Of a stretch of 64,000 nt of DNA, positions 9,282 to 19,897 are shown in pieces. How positions within the stretch are numbered: the stretch's first letter is position 1; every line of letters starts with the position of its first letter. The notes below the pieces were generated by a model. That model did not search any database. It was not told where the DNA came from and saw nothing but the letters and a program-made list of their open reading frames with translations. The position numbers and the translations under genes were made by a program. The stretch comes from Fimbriimonadales bacterium (GTDB lineage: Bacteria; Armatimonadota; Fimbriimonadia; Fimbriimonadales; ATM1): assembly GCA_041744215.1 (NCBI GenBank), contig JBGTLG010000016.1:1-64000 (forward strand). Direction: 5' to 3'.

Positions 9282-9961
9282 TTGAGTTGATTACGTTTGA
9301 CGCCGCCGGCACTTTGATCGATCACTCGTGGGACCCTGCCGGGATTGTTCTCGAGGCAGCAGGGGCCGCGGGCCTTGAAGTAGAACCCGTTGCTGCGCGC
9401 GAGACTTATGAATCTATTCTCTCGAAAACGTCGAACGAACGTGCGCAGTTGGAGTTACGAGGAGATCCCGCGGAGATACGCGCCCATTGGCGACGAGGGG
9501 TGTCTGAGTGGCTCATTAAAATGGGCGAGGATGCTCAGCATTCGCGCGAGATACACGAGTATGCAGAGCGGGCTACTTTGTCACCAAACGGAAGTATGTG
9601 GCGACTTTTCCCCGATGTGGAGGCTGCACTGGAGCTGGCTGCTGGCGCAGAGGTTGTCCTTGGAGTTTTGAGTAACTGGGATCGGTCGCTTCATGTCATC
9701 CTCAACAATCTCGGCATCGCGAAAAGTTTCGATTTTGCGATTGCGTCCCTAGAGTTTGGGCATGAGAAACCAGACCCAGAAATCTTTCGCGAAGCGGAAC
9801 GACGTGCCGGCTCAAGCGCAGGGGGAAGTGTCCACATTGGAGATGACTGGGCGGATGACGTGGAGGGCGCAACCGGAGCTGGCTGGCGAGCGATTCACCT
9901 CAACAGAGCGGGGGGGCCGATCCACTCGCTGACTGCCGCCGTCGAGGAGGCTCTCAGGTGA
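9278..9961 (+). CDS. HAD-IA family hydrolase
   Basis: FDAAGTL motif I, SNWD, KPDPEIF, HIGDD..DDVEGA; GTG start overlapping the previous stop. Confidence 0.9.
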   Translation: MIELITFDAAGTLIDHSWDPAGIVLEAAGAAGLEVEPVAARETYESILSKTSNERAQLELRGDPAEIRAHWRRGVSEWLIKMGEDAQHSREIHEYAERATLSPNGSMWRLFPDVEAALELAAGAEVVLGVLSNWDRSLHVILNNLGIAKSFDFAIASLEFGHEKPDPEIFREAERRAGSSAGGSVHIGDDWADDVEGATGAGWRAIHLNRAGGPIHSLTAAVEEALR

Positions 9962-10998
9962 GAATGAGCGAGTTCGACTACGATCTTCCGGCCGAGCGGA
10001 TCGCGCAAGAGCCGATTGAGCCCAGGGACGCCAGTCGATTGATGGTGGTCGATCGGGACACCGGAGTGATCGAGCATGAGACCTTTCGGGCGTTGCCCCA
10101 TTACCTAGAGCCGGGGGACCTGCTCGTCTACAACGACACTCTCGTCAGCGCGCGGCGGCTGATAGGCAGGAAACCGAGCGGCGGAAAGGTTGAAGTGCTC
10201 TTCCTGGCTGAAGTTGAGCCAGGTAAGTTCGAGGTTCTTGTGAGGCCGGGCCAGCGCACAAAGACAGGCACGATGATCGATTTCGGTCTCGGCGTCAGCG
10301 GGCGTATCGTCGGTGCGACGATTTACGGCGGCAAGGTGCTTGAGTTCGTCCGCCAACCGGACATTGCGACGAGGCTTAAAGAGTTGGGCTCGATGCCGCT
10401 GCCGCCCTACATCAAGCGGCCGATCGTTGAGGAAGGTCGGTATCAGACGGTTTATGGCCGAACACCCGGCAGTGCGGCCGCACCAACCGCGGGGCTTCAC
10501 TTTACTGACCGTCTCCTGGATGAGATTCGCTCAAAGCAAGTTGAGGTAGCGGGCATCACGCTCGACGTGAGCGTCGACACGTTTCGGCCTGTCGGCGTGG
10601 ACAATCCTGTGGATCACAAAATGCACGGCGAAAACTTTGTCGTTTCGAACCAGACTGTAGAGGCTATCAATCGGTGCAAAGGGCGGATCATTGCCGTCGG
10701 TACTACAACCGTACGCGCTCTGGAAAGTGCAGCAGTGGGTCCGAGGAAGCTGAATCCAGGGAGCGGAACGACGAGGATCTTTGTGGTGCCCGGTTATCGG
10801 TTTCAGATTGTAGATGCAATGGTAACAAATTTTCACATGCCTCGCACAACCATGCTGCTGATGGTTGCCGCAATGTGCGGTGTTGAGGTACTCAAGCGGT
10901 CGTACGCGACTGCGTTAGCAGAAGGCTATCGATTCTTAAGTTTCGGCGATGGAATGTTGATCATATCAAGGAGCACTAATGAGAAAAGACGAACTTGA
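9958..10998 (+). CDS. queA: S-adenosylmethionine:tRNA ribosyltransferase-isomerase
   Basis: FDYDLP..IAQ, PLPPYI, YQTVY, AAPTAGLHF, VGTTTVRALE, TNFH, YRFLSFGD. Confidence 0.97.
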   Translation: MRMSEFDYDLPAERIAQEPIEPRDASRLMVVDRDTGVIEHETFRALPHYLEPGDLLVYNDTLVSARRLIGRKPSGGKVEVLFLAEVEPGKFEVLVRPGQRTKTGTMIDFGLGVSGRIVGATIYGGKVLEFVRQPDIATRLKELGSMPLPPYIKRPIVEEGRYQTVYGRTPGSAAAPTAGLHFTDRLLDEIRSKQVEVAGITLDVSVDTFRPVGVDNPVDHKMHGENFVVSNQTVEAINRCKGRIIAVGTTTVRALESAAVGPRKLNPGSGTTRIFVVPGYRFQIVDAMVTNFHMPRTTMLLMVAAMCGVEVLKRSYATALAEGYRFLSFGDGMLIISRSTNEKRRT

Positions 10999-11590
10999 TC
11001 CGTTTGCGTACATAGAGAGCGCATTTGTAGAAGTACCGGAAGCAGAGGAAAAGCCGGAGAAGAAGCCCCGCGAGGCCACGGCGAAGGACGCGCCGCAGCC
11101 CAAAGAGCCTTCGCGATCGCTTGTGGACGCTATTCGGTCCGCCTCAGTGAAGGAGAAAGCTGCCCCGAAGCCGAAGGTTTCCGGCCCGCCTGTTCAGGTT
11201 AAGTTGAAGAAGACTGAGATGAGCGCGCCCCGCCCAAGGAAGCGACGCTCGCCATCGAAGGACGCTCCGATTTCGAATGAACTGGAAGAAGTGATGAAGA
11301 TGGTGCCGAAGAATCTGAAGTTCTTGAGCACTGTCTACGATGACGGCGTGACTCAGAAGTACTACTCGACGACGTTTCGGGAGCCACGCGAAGATCTGAT
11401 TCGTCGGCTGGTAGATCCGGAGCTCAGTCTGGAAGATACTGCCCGGTTGCTCGGGGTTTGCCCTGCGACGGTCCGGCGGTACACGAACCGAGGTTGGTTA
11501 TCGCACCACAGGACGAAAGGAAATCAACGGCGATTTCGGTTATCCGGTATCGTTGCATTTGTGGAGGAGCATGGCCGCAATCCCGAATGA
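10979..11590 (+). CDS. Protein with long low-complexity N-terminus and C-terminal MerR/excisionase-like (BldC-like) HTH
   Basis: LSLEDTARLLGVCPATVRRYTNRGWLSHHRTKGNQRRFR at the C-terminus. Confidence 0.8.
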   Translation: MRKDELDPFAYIESAFVEVPEAEEKPEKKPREATAKDAPQPKEPSRSLVDAIRSASVKEKAAPKPKVSGPPVQVKLKKTEMSAPRPRKRRSPSKDAPISNELEEVMKMVPKNLKFLSTVYDDGVTQKYYSTTFREPREDLIRRLVDPELSLEDTARLLGVCPATVRRYTNRGWLSHHRTKGNQRRFRLSGIVAFVEEHGRNPE

Positions 11591-12780
11591 GGATCGCAAT
11601 CTTCTCGGACAGTTACACACCGATCGTCAATGGCGTTTCGGTTAGCATCGAGGCTCTTGTTGAGGCTCTTCGCAATCGCAACCATTCGGTGCACGTGTTC
11701 ACTTCTGCGTACTTTAAGCATCGCGACCACGATCCCAACGTGTACAGATTCATGGCAATACCGACGCCCTTCGCTAAAGACTATCCATTGGCGATGCCGC
11801 CTTTCTATCCGATGCTGCGAAACTTTCGGAAGAATCAGTTTGACGTCGTGCACACTCACACGCCTTTTACGATCGGATTTGTTGGGTTGCGATGGGCAGA
11901 GTCGCATTACCTGCCGTTGGTGAGTACGTATCACACGCTCTATGAGAAGTACATGCATTATGTTCCTATCGTGCCGAAGCGTTATCTGCGCTACAAGTTG
12001 GCAAAGCACACCCATTACTATTACAATCGATGCGCTCAGGTGATAGCACCAAGCGAGGCGGCGATGAAGTCCTTGCAGCGGCACCTTGTGTCAACACCCA
12101 TTAACGTCATTCCAAGCGGCAATCCTGCCCCAACTCCCATTTCGAAGGATGACGCCAGACGTCGAATCGGTGCCCGCTCGAACGAGCGCATCATCCTCTA
12201 CGTGGGTCGAATTGCGAAAGAGAAGAACATGGGGACACTTTTTGAGATGGCCCGCGCGGTTATGGAAGAGCGTGATGATGTTCGCTTTTGGCTGGTTGGA
12301 GATGGTCCGTACCGCGCCGAGTCGCAAGCTCTCGCGAGGACGATGGGCATCGGGGACCGAGTCAAGTTTATAGGCCCGGTTCCTCGGGAAGCCGTGGACG
12401 CCTACTATGCTGCCTCTGACATCTTTGTGTTTTCTAGCATGACTGAAACGCAAGGGCTGGTTATCGGTGAAGCGATGACCCATGGATTGCCAGCCGTCGC
12501 GGTACACGGCGGCGGCGCATCGGACACGATCATCGAGGACGAGAACGGTTACATCGTTTCCAACAATCCGAGTCAGTTTTCCGAAGTCGTTCTGCGCATT
12601 TTGGGAAATGCGGCACTACTGGGAAGGCTCTCCGAGAATGCGCGCAAGTCTGTTAAACGATGGACGATGGATGATATGTGCGAATCGATCCTCGGGGTTT
12701 ACAATAATGCTATCGGCGAGCACACGAAGCGTGAAGGACGTCATGAGGAATCCTATTCGCGAGCGCATAGAGGAAACTGA
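11587..12780 (+). CDS. GT4 glycosyltransferase (diacylglycerol glucosyltransferase-like)
   Basis: MRIAIFSDSYTPIVNGVSVS, HTHTPF, VGRIAKEKN, ETQGLVIGEA. Confidence 0.9.
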   Translation: MRIAIFSDSYTPIVNGVSVSIEALVEALRNRNHSVHVFTSAYFKHRDHDPNVYRFMAIPTPFAKDYPLAMPPFYPMLRNFRKNQFDVVHTHTPFTIGFVGLRWAESHYLPLVSTYHTLYEKYMHYVPIVPKRYLRYKLAKHTHYYYNRCAQVIAPSEAAMKSLQRHLVSTPINVIPSGNPAPTPISKDDARRRIGARSNERIILYVGRIAKEKNMGTLFEMARAVMEERDDVRFWLVGDGPYRAESQALARTMGIGDRVKFIGPVPREAVDAYYAASDIFVFSSMTETQGLVIGEAMTHGLPAVAVHGGGASDTIIEDENGYIVSNNPSQFSEVVLRILGNAALLGRLSENARKSVKRWTMDDMCESILGVYNNAIGEHTKREGRHEESYSRAHRGN

Positions 12781-13768
12781 GGCCACGCTATTGTCTGCCT
12801 TCGCGACGAAGGCGAAGGACAGCGGAGGGAGAGCGCGATCAGAGCCCGATGATCCTGTTCGCACTTGCTTTCAGCGAGATCGTGATCGGATCCTGCATAG
12901 CAAGTCATTTCGCAGACTGAAGCGAAAGACACAGGTCTTCATCGATCCTTCAGGGGATCACTATCGCACTCGCCTGACGCACACCCTTGAAGTCGCGCAG
13001 ATTGCGCGAACCATCTCGAGGGCGTTGCAGTTGAATGAAGATTTGACCGAGGCTATCGCGCTTGGCCATGACGTCGGGCACACCCCTTTTGGCCACGCTG
13101 GGGAAGCCGCAATGGATGAATGCTTGCGAGAGCTCGACTATAACCTGAGTTTTCGGCACTATGAGCAAAGTTTGCGAGTCCTAACTGTTTTGGAAAACGA
13201 CGGTAAGGGGCTCAATCTGACAGTCGAGACGTTAGATGGGATAGGCGGGCACAGCAAGGGCCGATCGGATCTGAGTGATTATGACGGCGAGAACTGTCCG
13301 TCGTTGGAGGCAGCGGTCGTTCGGGTCGCCGACAGGATCGCGTATCTAAATCACGACTTAGACGACGCAGTGCGGGCTAGCTGGCTTCGGCTGGATCAGA
13401 TGCCGGGGGACGTGATTTCACTTGGCAGCAACCACAGCGACCGGATTGGAGCGATGGTCTTGGACTTGATTGACAACAGCCTCGACACACCGAGCGTTCG
13501 GTTCAGCCCGCAGATGTTGACGACTCTCAACTCGATGAAGGAGTTTTTGTTTGAGTATCTTTATCTGGAGTATCCGAAACGCTTTCCAGAGATTGACAAA
13601 GCCAAGGGCGTCGTCAGTGCGTTATTCGATTACTTCGTGCGGAATTCTGATCGCCTTCCCTCCGGCTTTAGCGGTGTGCAGGGAGCAGTTGATTACATCA
13701 GCGGGATGACAGACCGCTTTGCGATATCGGTGTATGAGGATTTGTTTCTCCCGAAGGCGTGGAGCTGA
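12743..13768 (+). CDS. dgt: Deoxyguanosinetriphosphate triphosphohydrolase
   Basis: FQRDRDRILHSKSFRRLKRKTQVF, RTRLTHTLEV, GHDVGHTPFGHAGE, DYISGMTD. Confidence 0.95.
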   Translation: MRNPIRERIEETEATLLSAFATKAKDSGGRARSEPDDPVRTCFQRDRDRILHSKSFRRLKRKTQVFIDPSGDHYRTRLTHTLEVAQIARTISRALQLNEDLTEAIALGHDVGHTPFGHAGEAAMDECLRELDYNLSFRHYEQSLRVLTVLENDGKGLNLTVETLDGIGGHSKGRSDLSDYDGENCPSLEAAVVRVADRIAYLNHDLDDAVRASWLRLDQMPGDVISLGSNHSDRIGAMVLDLIDNSLDTPSVRFSPQMLTTLNSMKEFLFEYLYLEYPKRFPEIDKAKGVVSALFDYFVRNSDRLPSGFSGVQGAVDYISGMTDRFAISVYEDLFLPKAWS

Positions 13769-13799
13769 TTCGGAAGGGTAGACTGTCGTTTACCGTTTC

Positions 13800-15971
13800 A
13801 TGCCTTTTGCCCTTGATACTCTTAATGCCGAGCAACGCGAAGCAGTCGAGCACCCTGGCGGTCCGCTGCTTGTGTTCGCTGGCGCAGGCAGCGGCAAAAC
13901 GCGAGTTATCACTTATCGGATTGCGAGGCTCATTTCTCAAGGCGTTGCGCCAAGCCGAATCTTAGCCGTCACGTTTACCAACAAGGCTTCGAAGGAGATG
14001 CGAGAGCGAATTGAGTCGTTGATTGGCAGCAGGTCGGCGTCACTTTGGATGGGCACATTTCACAGAATTTGTGGTCGGATTCTGCGTGAGAGTGGCCATA
14101 TGATTGGAGTTGATCGAAACTTTGTCATTTACGACGATGCTGACCAAATCTCTCTCGTCCGAGCGATTCTAAAAGCCAGCAACATCGATGACAAAGCGAT
14201 CACTCCACGCTCGATGCTAAACGAGATTAGCCGAGCAAAAGAGAAGCTGATCTCGCCCGAGAAGTACGCTGCGGGAGCCACAGGGTTCCTTGAACGGGTC
14301 GCCTCTGACGTGTATCCACAGTATCAGGATCAGTTACGGAAGAATAAGGCACTCGATTTCGATGACATGCTGGGATTCGCGGTTCGCTTACTGAAGGAGC
14401 GAACTGAGGCGAGGGAGATGTATCAGAACCGGTTTCAACATGTGTTGGTTGACGAGTTTCAAGACGTCAACTTTGCACAGTACGAGTTGATCAAGATCTT
14501 GTCGGAAAAACACAGAAACATCACGATTGTTGGTGACGATGACCAATCGATATATGCATGGCGAGGGGCTGATGTCTCGCACATCTTGAAGTTTTCGGGT
14601 GAGTTTCAGGGCGCAAAGGTTGTCAAACTCGAGCGAAACTATCGGTCGACTAAGAGAATCTTGGGTGCGGCAAACGAAGTGATCCGACAGAATCGGGGAC
14701 GTGCGCAAAAGAGTCTTTGGACAGAGAACCCTGATGGTCCACCCATCACCATAACAGAGGTTGGGACCGAACAAGAGGAGGCGATGTTGATTGCCGACAC
14801 CATCCTGCAAACGGTTAGACCGGGTCGACGGAAGTTTGGTGAATTCGCAGTTCTGTATCGAACCAACGCGCAAAGCAGGGTCTTGGAGGAGGCGTTTCTG
14901 ATGATGCGCATTCCTCATGTGCTCATCGGTGGGCAGCGGTTCTACGAGCGCAAAGAAGTCAAGGATATCATCGCTTACCTCCGGGTAGTGGCTAACCCAA
15001 GCGATGACGTGAGCTTGAAACGAATCATCAATGTTCCAGGGAGGGCTATTGGGGATACAACAATAGCGAAAGCTGTTGAGGTTTCGCGAGGGCGACCGCT
15101 GTTTGATGTTTTCGCAGATCCGTCCTTCCAGTCGCTTCTTGCCACAAAAACAAGGAACTCGGTCGTTCGCTTTGTGGACATGATCCAGTCTGCTGGGCCA
15201 TTGGTGGAGGGCGACAAGTCGGAGCCGGTGCTACGATTCGTGCTCCAGCAGAGTGGATACATGGACGAACTTCGAGCTGAGCGTAGCGAGGAGGCGAATT
15301 CGCGGCTTGACAACCTTCAGGAGCTCGTGAATGTAGCCGCTCAGCATGATGTGTCGAGTGATGAACCCGGGCTGTTCAGCTTTCTTCAGGAGATCGCGCT
15401 GATCTCAGACGTCGACGAGCTCAAGGAATCGGCTGAAGCGGTGACGCTTATGACCGCCCATTCTGCGAAAGGACTTGAGTTCCCGGTCGTGTTCGTTGTC
15501 GGCCTCGAGGAAGGGATTTTTCCGCACTCGCGGTCGATGAATTCAGACAAAGAGATCGAGGAAGAGCGTCGATTATGCTATGTCGCTCTAACCCGCGCGA
15601 TGGAAGAGCTTCACTTGCTTCACGCAACGCGCCGCACGACGTTCGGACAATCACATTTTAACTCGCCAAGCCGCTTTTTGGCGGCGATTCCTGAAGAGTT
15701 CACTGCTTCGCTGCGGGAAAATGTGTCACCAGTTGTTGCAGACAGACGGCAACAAGCCGTAGTCGACGCCCCTCCAAAGCGTCCGCTGCGCGGTCCGGAG
15801 TGGCGTGCTCCATTCGAGGCTGGTCAGCAAGTGCAACATGCAAAGTTTGGTGTCGGTGTTGTGGTCGCGTGTTCGCCAACGCGCGACGATTGCGAAGTCA
15901 CCGTAGCGTTCCCGGGAATCACCGGAGTCAAGAAGCTTCTCCACAAGATCGCGAAGTTAGAACCCGTTTAG
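13800..15971 (+). CDS. pcrA: UvrD/PcrA ATP-dependent DNA helicase
   Basis: AGAGSGKT, TFTNKA, VDEFQD, VGDDDQSIY, NYRST, AKGLEF, EERRLCYVA, C-terminal Tudor-like HAKFGVG. Confidence 0.95.
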   Translation: MPFALDTLNAEQREAVEHPGGPLLVFAGAGSGKTRVITYRIARLISQGVAPSRILAVTFTNKASKEMRERIESLIGSRSASLWMGTFHRICGRILRESGHMIGVDRNFVIYDDADQISLVRAILKASNIDDKAITPRSMLNEISRAKEKLISPEKYAAGATGFLERVASDVYPQYQDQLRKNKALDFDDMLGFAVRLLKERTEAREMYQNRFQHVLVDEFQDVNFAQYELIKILSEKHRNITIVGDDDQSIYAWRGADVSHILKFSGEFQGAKVVKLERNYRSTKRILGAANEVIRQNRGRAQKSLWTENPDGPPITITEVGTEQEEAMLIADTILQTVRPGRRKFGEFAVLYRTNAQSRVLEEAFLMMRIPHVLIGGQRFYERKEVKDIIAYLRVVANPSDDVSLKRIINVPGRAIGDTTIAKAVEVSRGRPLFDVFADPSFQSLLATKTRNSVVRFVDMIQSAGPLVEGDKSEPVLRFVLQQSGYMDELRAERSEEANSRLDNLQELVNVAAQHDVSSDEPGLFSFLQEIALISDVDELKESAEAVTLMTAHSAKGLEFPVVFVVGLEEGIFPHSRSMNSDKEIEEERRLCYVALTRAMEELHLLHATRRTTFGQSHFNSPSRFLAAIPEEFTASLRENVSPVVADRRQQAVVDAPPKRPLRGPEWRAPFEAGQQVQHAKFGVGVVVACSPTRDDCEVTVAFPGITGVKKLLHKIAKLEPV

Positions 15972-16520
15972 CGCCGCATGCAGCAGGAGCATGTACTCTT
16001 CATGGGATACCTCAATCGCCCCGAGGGATCGAAGGTGCTCCGTCATGTATTGGACATCAAACAAAGTTGAGCCTTCGGCTCTCAAGTGTTCGATGAGCAT
16101 CCACAATGCAGTTTTCCCCGCGTCGGTCACAGTATGGAACATCGATTCCGCCATGAAAGCTTTGCCCAGGCTAACTCCGTAGACTCCGCCCACGAGCTTG
16201 CCATCCAGATATGCTTCTGCAGACGACGCCTTGCCCGCTTCGAAGAGCGCAGAATACGCTTCGATCATCCGCTCGTCGATCCATGATCCCTCAGGTCGGT
16301 CGGCACACGCGCGCATCACTTCTCCGAAGCACGTATTGAAACGGACTTCAAACTGCCGCGCGCTCCTCCGCAGAGATCTGCTAACGTAAAAACGATCCAT
16401 CGGAATGATGGCTCTTCGGTCAGGCCTAAACCAGCCTATCTCGCCGTCTTCCATAGCCATCGGGAAAATGCCCTGCCGGTACGCCAGCTCAATAAGCTGC
16501 GGCGAAAGTCGCTCTTCCAT
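15957..16520 (-). CDS. aat: Leucyl/phenylalanyl-tRNA--protein transferase
   Basis: AYRQGIFPM, WI, LVGGVYGV, ESMF, DVQ..TEHLRSLGA. Confidence 0.93.
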   Translation of the reverse strand: MEERLSPQLIELAYRQGIFPMAMEDGEIGWFRPDRRAIIPMDRFYVSRSLRRSARQFEVRFNTCFGEVMRACADRPEGSWIDERMIEAYSALFEAGKASSAEAYLDGKLVGGVYGVSLGKAFMAESMFHTVTDAGKTALWMLIEHLRAEGSTLFDVQYMTEHLRSLGAIEVSHEEYMLLLHAALNGF

Positions 16521-16528
16521 AACAGGGA

Positions 16529-17023
16529 TCAGCCCGATTTCTCGATGGCGGCTTCCCGCTTTGCGTCGCTAGCAAACTTGTACATTAGCAGTGCGACTGC
16601 AAACGTAATGCACATATCAGCGATATTGAACACATGAATAATGTGTATGTTGATGAAATCGGTGACTTTTCCGGAATTGAAGATTCGATCGATGAAATTG
16701 CCGATCGCTCCGGCGCCCACAAGAATGAGCGCAAGCTTATATAACCGTTCTCCCGACTCGATCTTAACATAAGATACGGCCGAAACAACTGCGACTACGA
16801 ACGCAATTGGAGCGAGCCACACACCCAAGTTTTCAAACAAACCAAAGGCGACGCCTGTATTGTAGACAAGTGTGAATTCCAAGACTCTCGGTATCACGTC
16901 TACCTGCTGCCCCTCAACTAATGTCGCGCGCGCGATACCTTTGGTCACCTGGTCAATCACCAAGAGCAAAGCCACCCACAAGAGATACGGCAACAATTTC
17001 ACAGGCTCAGCACCTTTCTGCAT
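16529..17023 (-). CDS. lspA: Lipoprotein signal peptidase II
   Basis: DQVTK, NTGVAFG, GAIGNFIDR, VTDFI, FNIAD; follows ileS. Confidence 0.95.
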   Translation of the reverse strand: MQKGAEPVKLLPYLLWVALLLVIDQVTKGIARATLVEGQQVDVIPRVLEFTLVYNTGVAFGLFENLGVWLAPIAFVVAVVSAVSYVKIESGERLYKLALILVGAGAIGNFIDRIFNSGKVTDFINIHIIHVFNIADMCITFAVALLMYKFASDAKREAAIEKSG

Positions 17024-19767
17024 CTTGCGGACAGCGGTACGCCATTGACCATCTCGACATCCGGGCGACGGATTCTGGACCGCTCACACTTCATGTATTG
17101 AGAGATGGCAAACTCAAACTTTCTCTCAGACGCTTCGACGAGATTCACCCAGCTGACTCGCATCATCGTTGGCAACTCTTCGCCGAATGATGCCAACGTC
17201 GAGGCAAGGGCTGGATCAACATGCGCTTGCACCACTACGTCTTGGGTGTCCTTCACTCCCGATTCAGACTTCCAGGCTTCGAGTTCGACATAGCAGCTGT
17301 CGCGAAATCCGAAGAATACAGATAGTCGTTCAAACAGTTGAGATGAGCGGATGTCAGTCGCCTGTTCTTCGGTTAGTGGTGAGATTTCTTCGATGAAGAC
17401 GGAATCGCACTTGCTGGACATCGGCATCTTTGCGTAAGTTTCTTCTGCTGTATGTGCCAGAAATGGCGCGACTAGCTTGACGAGCACGAGCAGAATCTCG
17501 TGGCACGCCCTCTGAGCGCTCCTCCGATTGGGCCAGTCTGCTCCATCACAATACATACGATCTTTTATCGCATCCAGGTAAAAGGAGCTGAGTTCTTTTG
17601 CACAGAAGTTGTGAATCATCTGCGTCGCAGCGCTGAAGTCGTATTCATCGAGTTCGTTGCAAACTTGCAGTTCAAGCAATTTTGTGCGATTGACTGCCCA
17701 GCGATCAAGATCCATCGTCAATTCCGCGTTACTGTCCGGGTCGTAATCATACAGATTTGAGAGCAGAAAGCGAAGCGTGTTTCGAATCCGTCGATAACTC
17801 TCACCAACCTGCTTGAGCAGGTTCTCCCCGCACGGCACGTCGTCGTTGTAGTCGACGGTTGCGGCCCAGAAGCGAAGGATGTCCGCGCCATAAGTGTCTG
17901 CTGCCTTTATCGGCTCGATAACGTTGCCCTTGCTCTTGGACATTTTTTCTCCCTTCTCGTCGACCACGAAGCCATGCGTTAGCACTTGCCGATATGGGGC
18001 GCAACCGCAAAGGGCGCAGCCAGTCATCAGGCTGCTGTTGAACCATCCTCGATGCTGGTCGCTTCCTTCCAAGTAAAGATCAGCGGGCCAGGCAAGGTCG
18101 GCCCATGCGTCCTTGTACCGCATGTCGAGCACCGCATAGTGGGTCACTCCGGAATCGAACCAAACGTCAAGAACGTCCGTCTCTTTTCGAAACGATGTTT
18201 CGCCAGTCTCAGGGTGCGTGAAATTCTCTGGCAGGATGTTTTCGATTGGCTCGGCAAACCATGCTGCGCTTCCCTTCTTTTCTACCAACTGCGCGATTCG
18301 CTCCATGACATTTGCGTCGAGGACAGGAACTCCCGACTCTGCGCCATAGACGATCGGTATGCCTACGCCCCATGTTCTTTGGCGCGACAAGCACCAGTCT
18401 GGCCTACCAGATACCATCGCGCTGATCCTGGATTGTCCTGTCTTCGGGAACCACCGAACGTTCTCGATTTCGGATAGAGCGCGAGAGCGCAAGTCGTCGT
18501 GGTCAACTCTGAGAAACCACTGCTCCGTTGTTCGAAAGATGACAGGATGTCCGTCTCGCTCCGCATAGGGATAGCTGTGGGCGTAGTCATACACTTTGAG
18601 CAGATTGCCAGTCTCTTGCAGTCGTTGCGGAACCGATTCATCTGCCTTCTTGATGTGTTGGCCTGCAAACTCTCCTGCCTCTTGTGTGAAGATCCCACCT
18701 GGGTCGACTGGGCAGAGAATTTCTAGACCGTACTTGCGGCCGGTATAGAAGTCGTCTGATCCGTGACCAGGCGCCGTGTGGACGACTCCCGTGCCATCCT
18801 CGGTTGTGACGTAATCTGCGAGAACCGCGATTGAGGGCCTGTCAAAAATCGGGTGCAAGAATATGCTGCCCTCAATTTCCTTGCCACGCACTTTTCCAAC
18901 AACGTTCCAGCCCACCTGATCTAATTCCTCCATCACGCGTTTCACCAACGCGTCACCGAGAACATAGAAGTTATCGCCCGACTTTACTATCGCATAGTCA
19001 AGTTGGGGGTGGAACGCCACGGCCAAGTTTGCAGGAATCGTCCACGGCGTTGTCGTCCATATAATCGTGTAAACATTTGCACCCTGTGGCACCTGGGTGA
19101 GAATCGCGCCAGACTTATCCTCTACGAGCTGAAAACGGACGTAGATGGCACGCGAGACGTGATCTCGATATTCAAGCTCTGTGTCGGCGAGCGCGGTTCT
19201 GCTGTGAGTCGACCAGTGAGTGGGACGGAGATCACGGTAAATGAAGCCTTTCTCAGCAAGTCTTGCGAAGGCACGCACGGTGGTTGCTTCATAACCATAG
19301 TCCATCGTCGCGTAGCGGTTCGACCAGTCCCCGAAGACTCCGAGCCTCTCGAACTGCCGAGATTGAATCGCGATGAATTCTTCCGCATGCTGTCTACACG
19401 CAGCGCGCATTTCGTCAGGCGAAACACCTTTGCCCAACTTTGCTTGAACGGCCATTTCAATCGGTAACCCGTGATTGTCATAGCCTGGAACATAAGGCGC
19501 ATGAAAGCCGCGCAGCGTTTTATACTTGACCACGAAATCTTTTAGGGACTTATTGAGTGCAGTCCCCACGTGTATCGGGCTATTTGTATAGGGCGGACCG
19601 TCATGTAGAATGAATTTTGGCCGCCCCTGCCGCGATCTTTGGATCAGATCATAAACACCGATTTCACTCCACCGAGCTTGCAGCTGCGGCTCGAGTAGAG
19701 GAAGGTTGGCCTTCATCGGAATCGTGAAGTCCGGGTCGGGCAAGTTGAGTGTCGACCGAAGATCCAT
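16999..19767 (-). CDS. ileS: Isoleucine--tRNA ligase (type 1)
   Basis: LHDGPPY, HVGT (HIGH variant), GTGVVHTAPGHG, DWCLSRQR, EGSDQHRGWF, KMSKS; start ATG 19767. Confidence 0.97.
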   Translation of the reverse strand: MDLRSTLNLPDPDFTIPMKANLPLLEPQLQARWSEIGVYDLIQRSRQGRPKFILHDGPPYTNSPIHVGTALNKSLKDFVVKYKTLRGFHAPYVPGYDNHGLPIEMAVQAKLGKGVSPDEMRAACRQHAEEFIAIQSRQFERLGVFGDWSNRYATMDYGYEATTVRAFARLAEKGFIYRDLRPTHWSTHSRTALADTELEYRDHVSRAIYVRFQLVEDKSGAILTQVPQGANVYTIIWTTTPWTIPANLAVAFHPQLDYAIVKSGDNFYVLGDALVKRVMEELDQVGWNVVGKVRGKEIEGSIFLHPIFDRPSIAVLADYVTTEDGTGVVHTAPGHGSDDFYTGRKYGLEILCPVDPGGIFTQEAGEFAGQHIKKADESVPQRLQETGNLLKVYDYAHSYPYAERDGHPVIFRTTEQWFLRVDHDDLRSRALSEIENVRWFPKTGQSRISAMVSGRPDWCLSRQRTWGVGIPIVYGAESGVPVLDANVMERIAQLVEKKGSAAWFAEPIENILPENFTHPETGETSFRKETDVLDVWFDSGVTHYAVLDMRYKDAWADLAWPADLYLEGSDQHRGWFNSSLMTGCALCGCAPYRQVLTHGFVVDEKGEKMSKSKGNVIEPIKAADTYGADILRFWAATVDYNDDVPCGENLLKQVGESYRRIRNTLRFLLSNLYDYDPDSNAELTMDLDRWAVNRTKLLELQVCNELDEYDFSAATQMIHNFCAKELSSFYLDAIKDRMYCDGADWPNRRSAQRACHEILLVLVKLVAPFLAHTAEETYAKMPMSSKCDSVFIEEISPLTEEQATDIRSSQLFERLSVFFGFRDSCYVELEAWKSESGVKDTQDVVVQAHVDPALASTLASFGEELPTMMRVSWVNLVEASERKFEFAISQYMKCERSRIRRPDVEMVNGVPLSARCRKVLSL

Positions 19768-19897
19768 AGGGGGGCGCGATTTTACCTTCGAAGTCGCAAG
19801 AGGCGAGCATGATGCTGTAAAATTTAGACTAGCCGATGCCTCGGTGGAAGCATAGGCGCAGCGGCCGTCCTCGAATTTCGAATAAGAGCGAAGAGCG

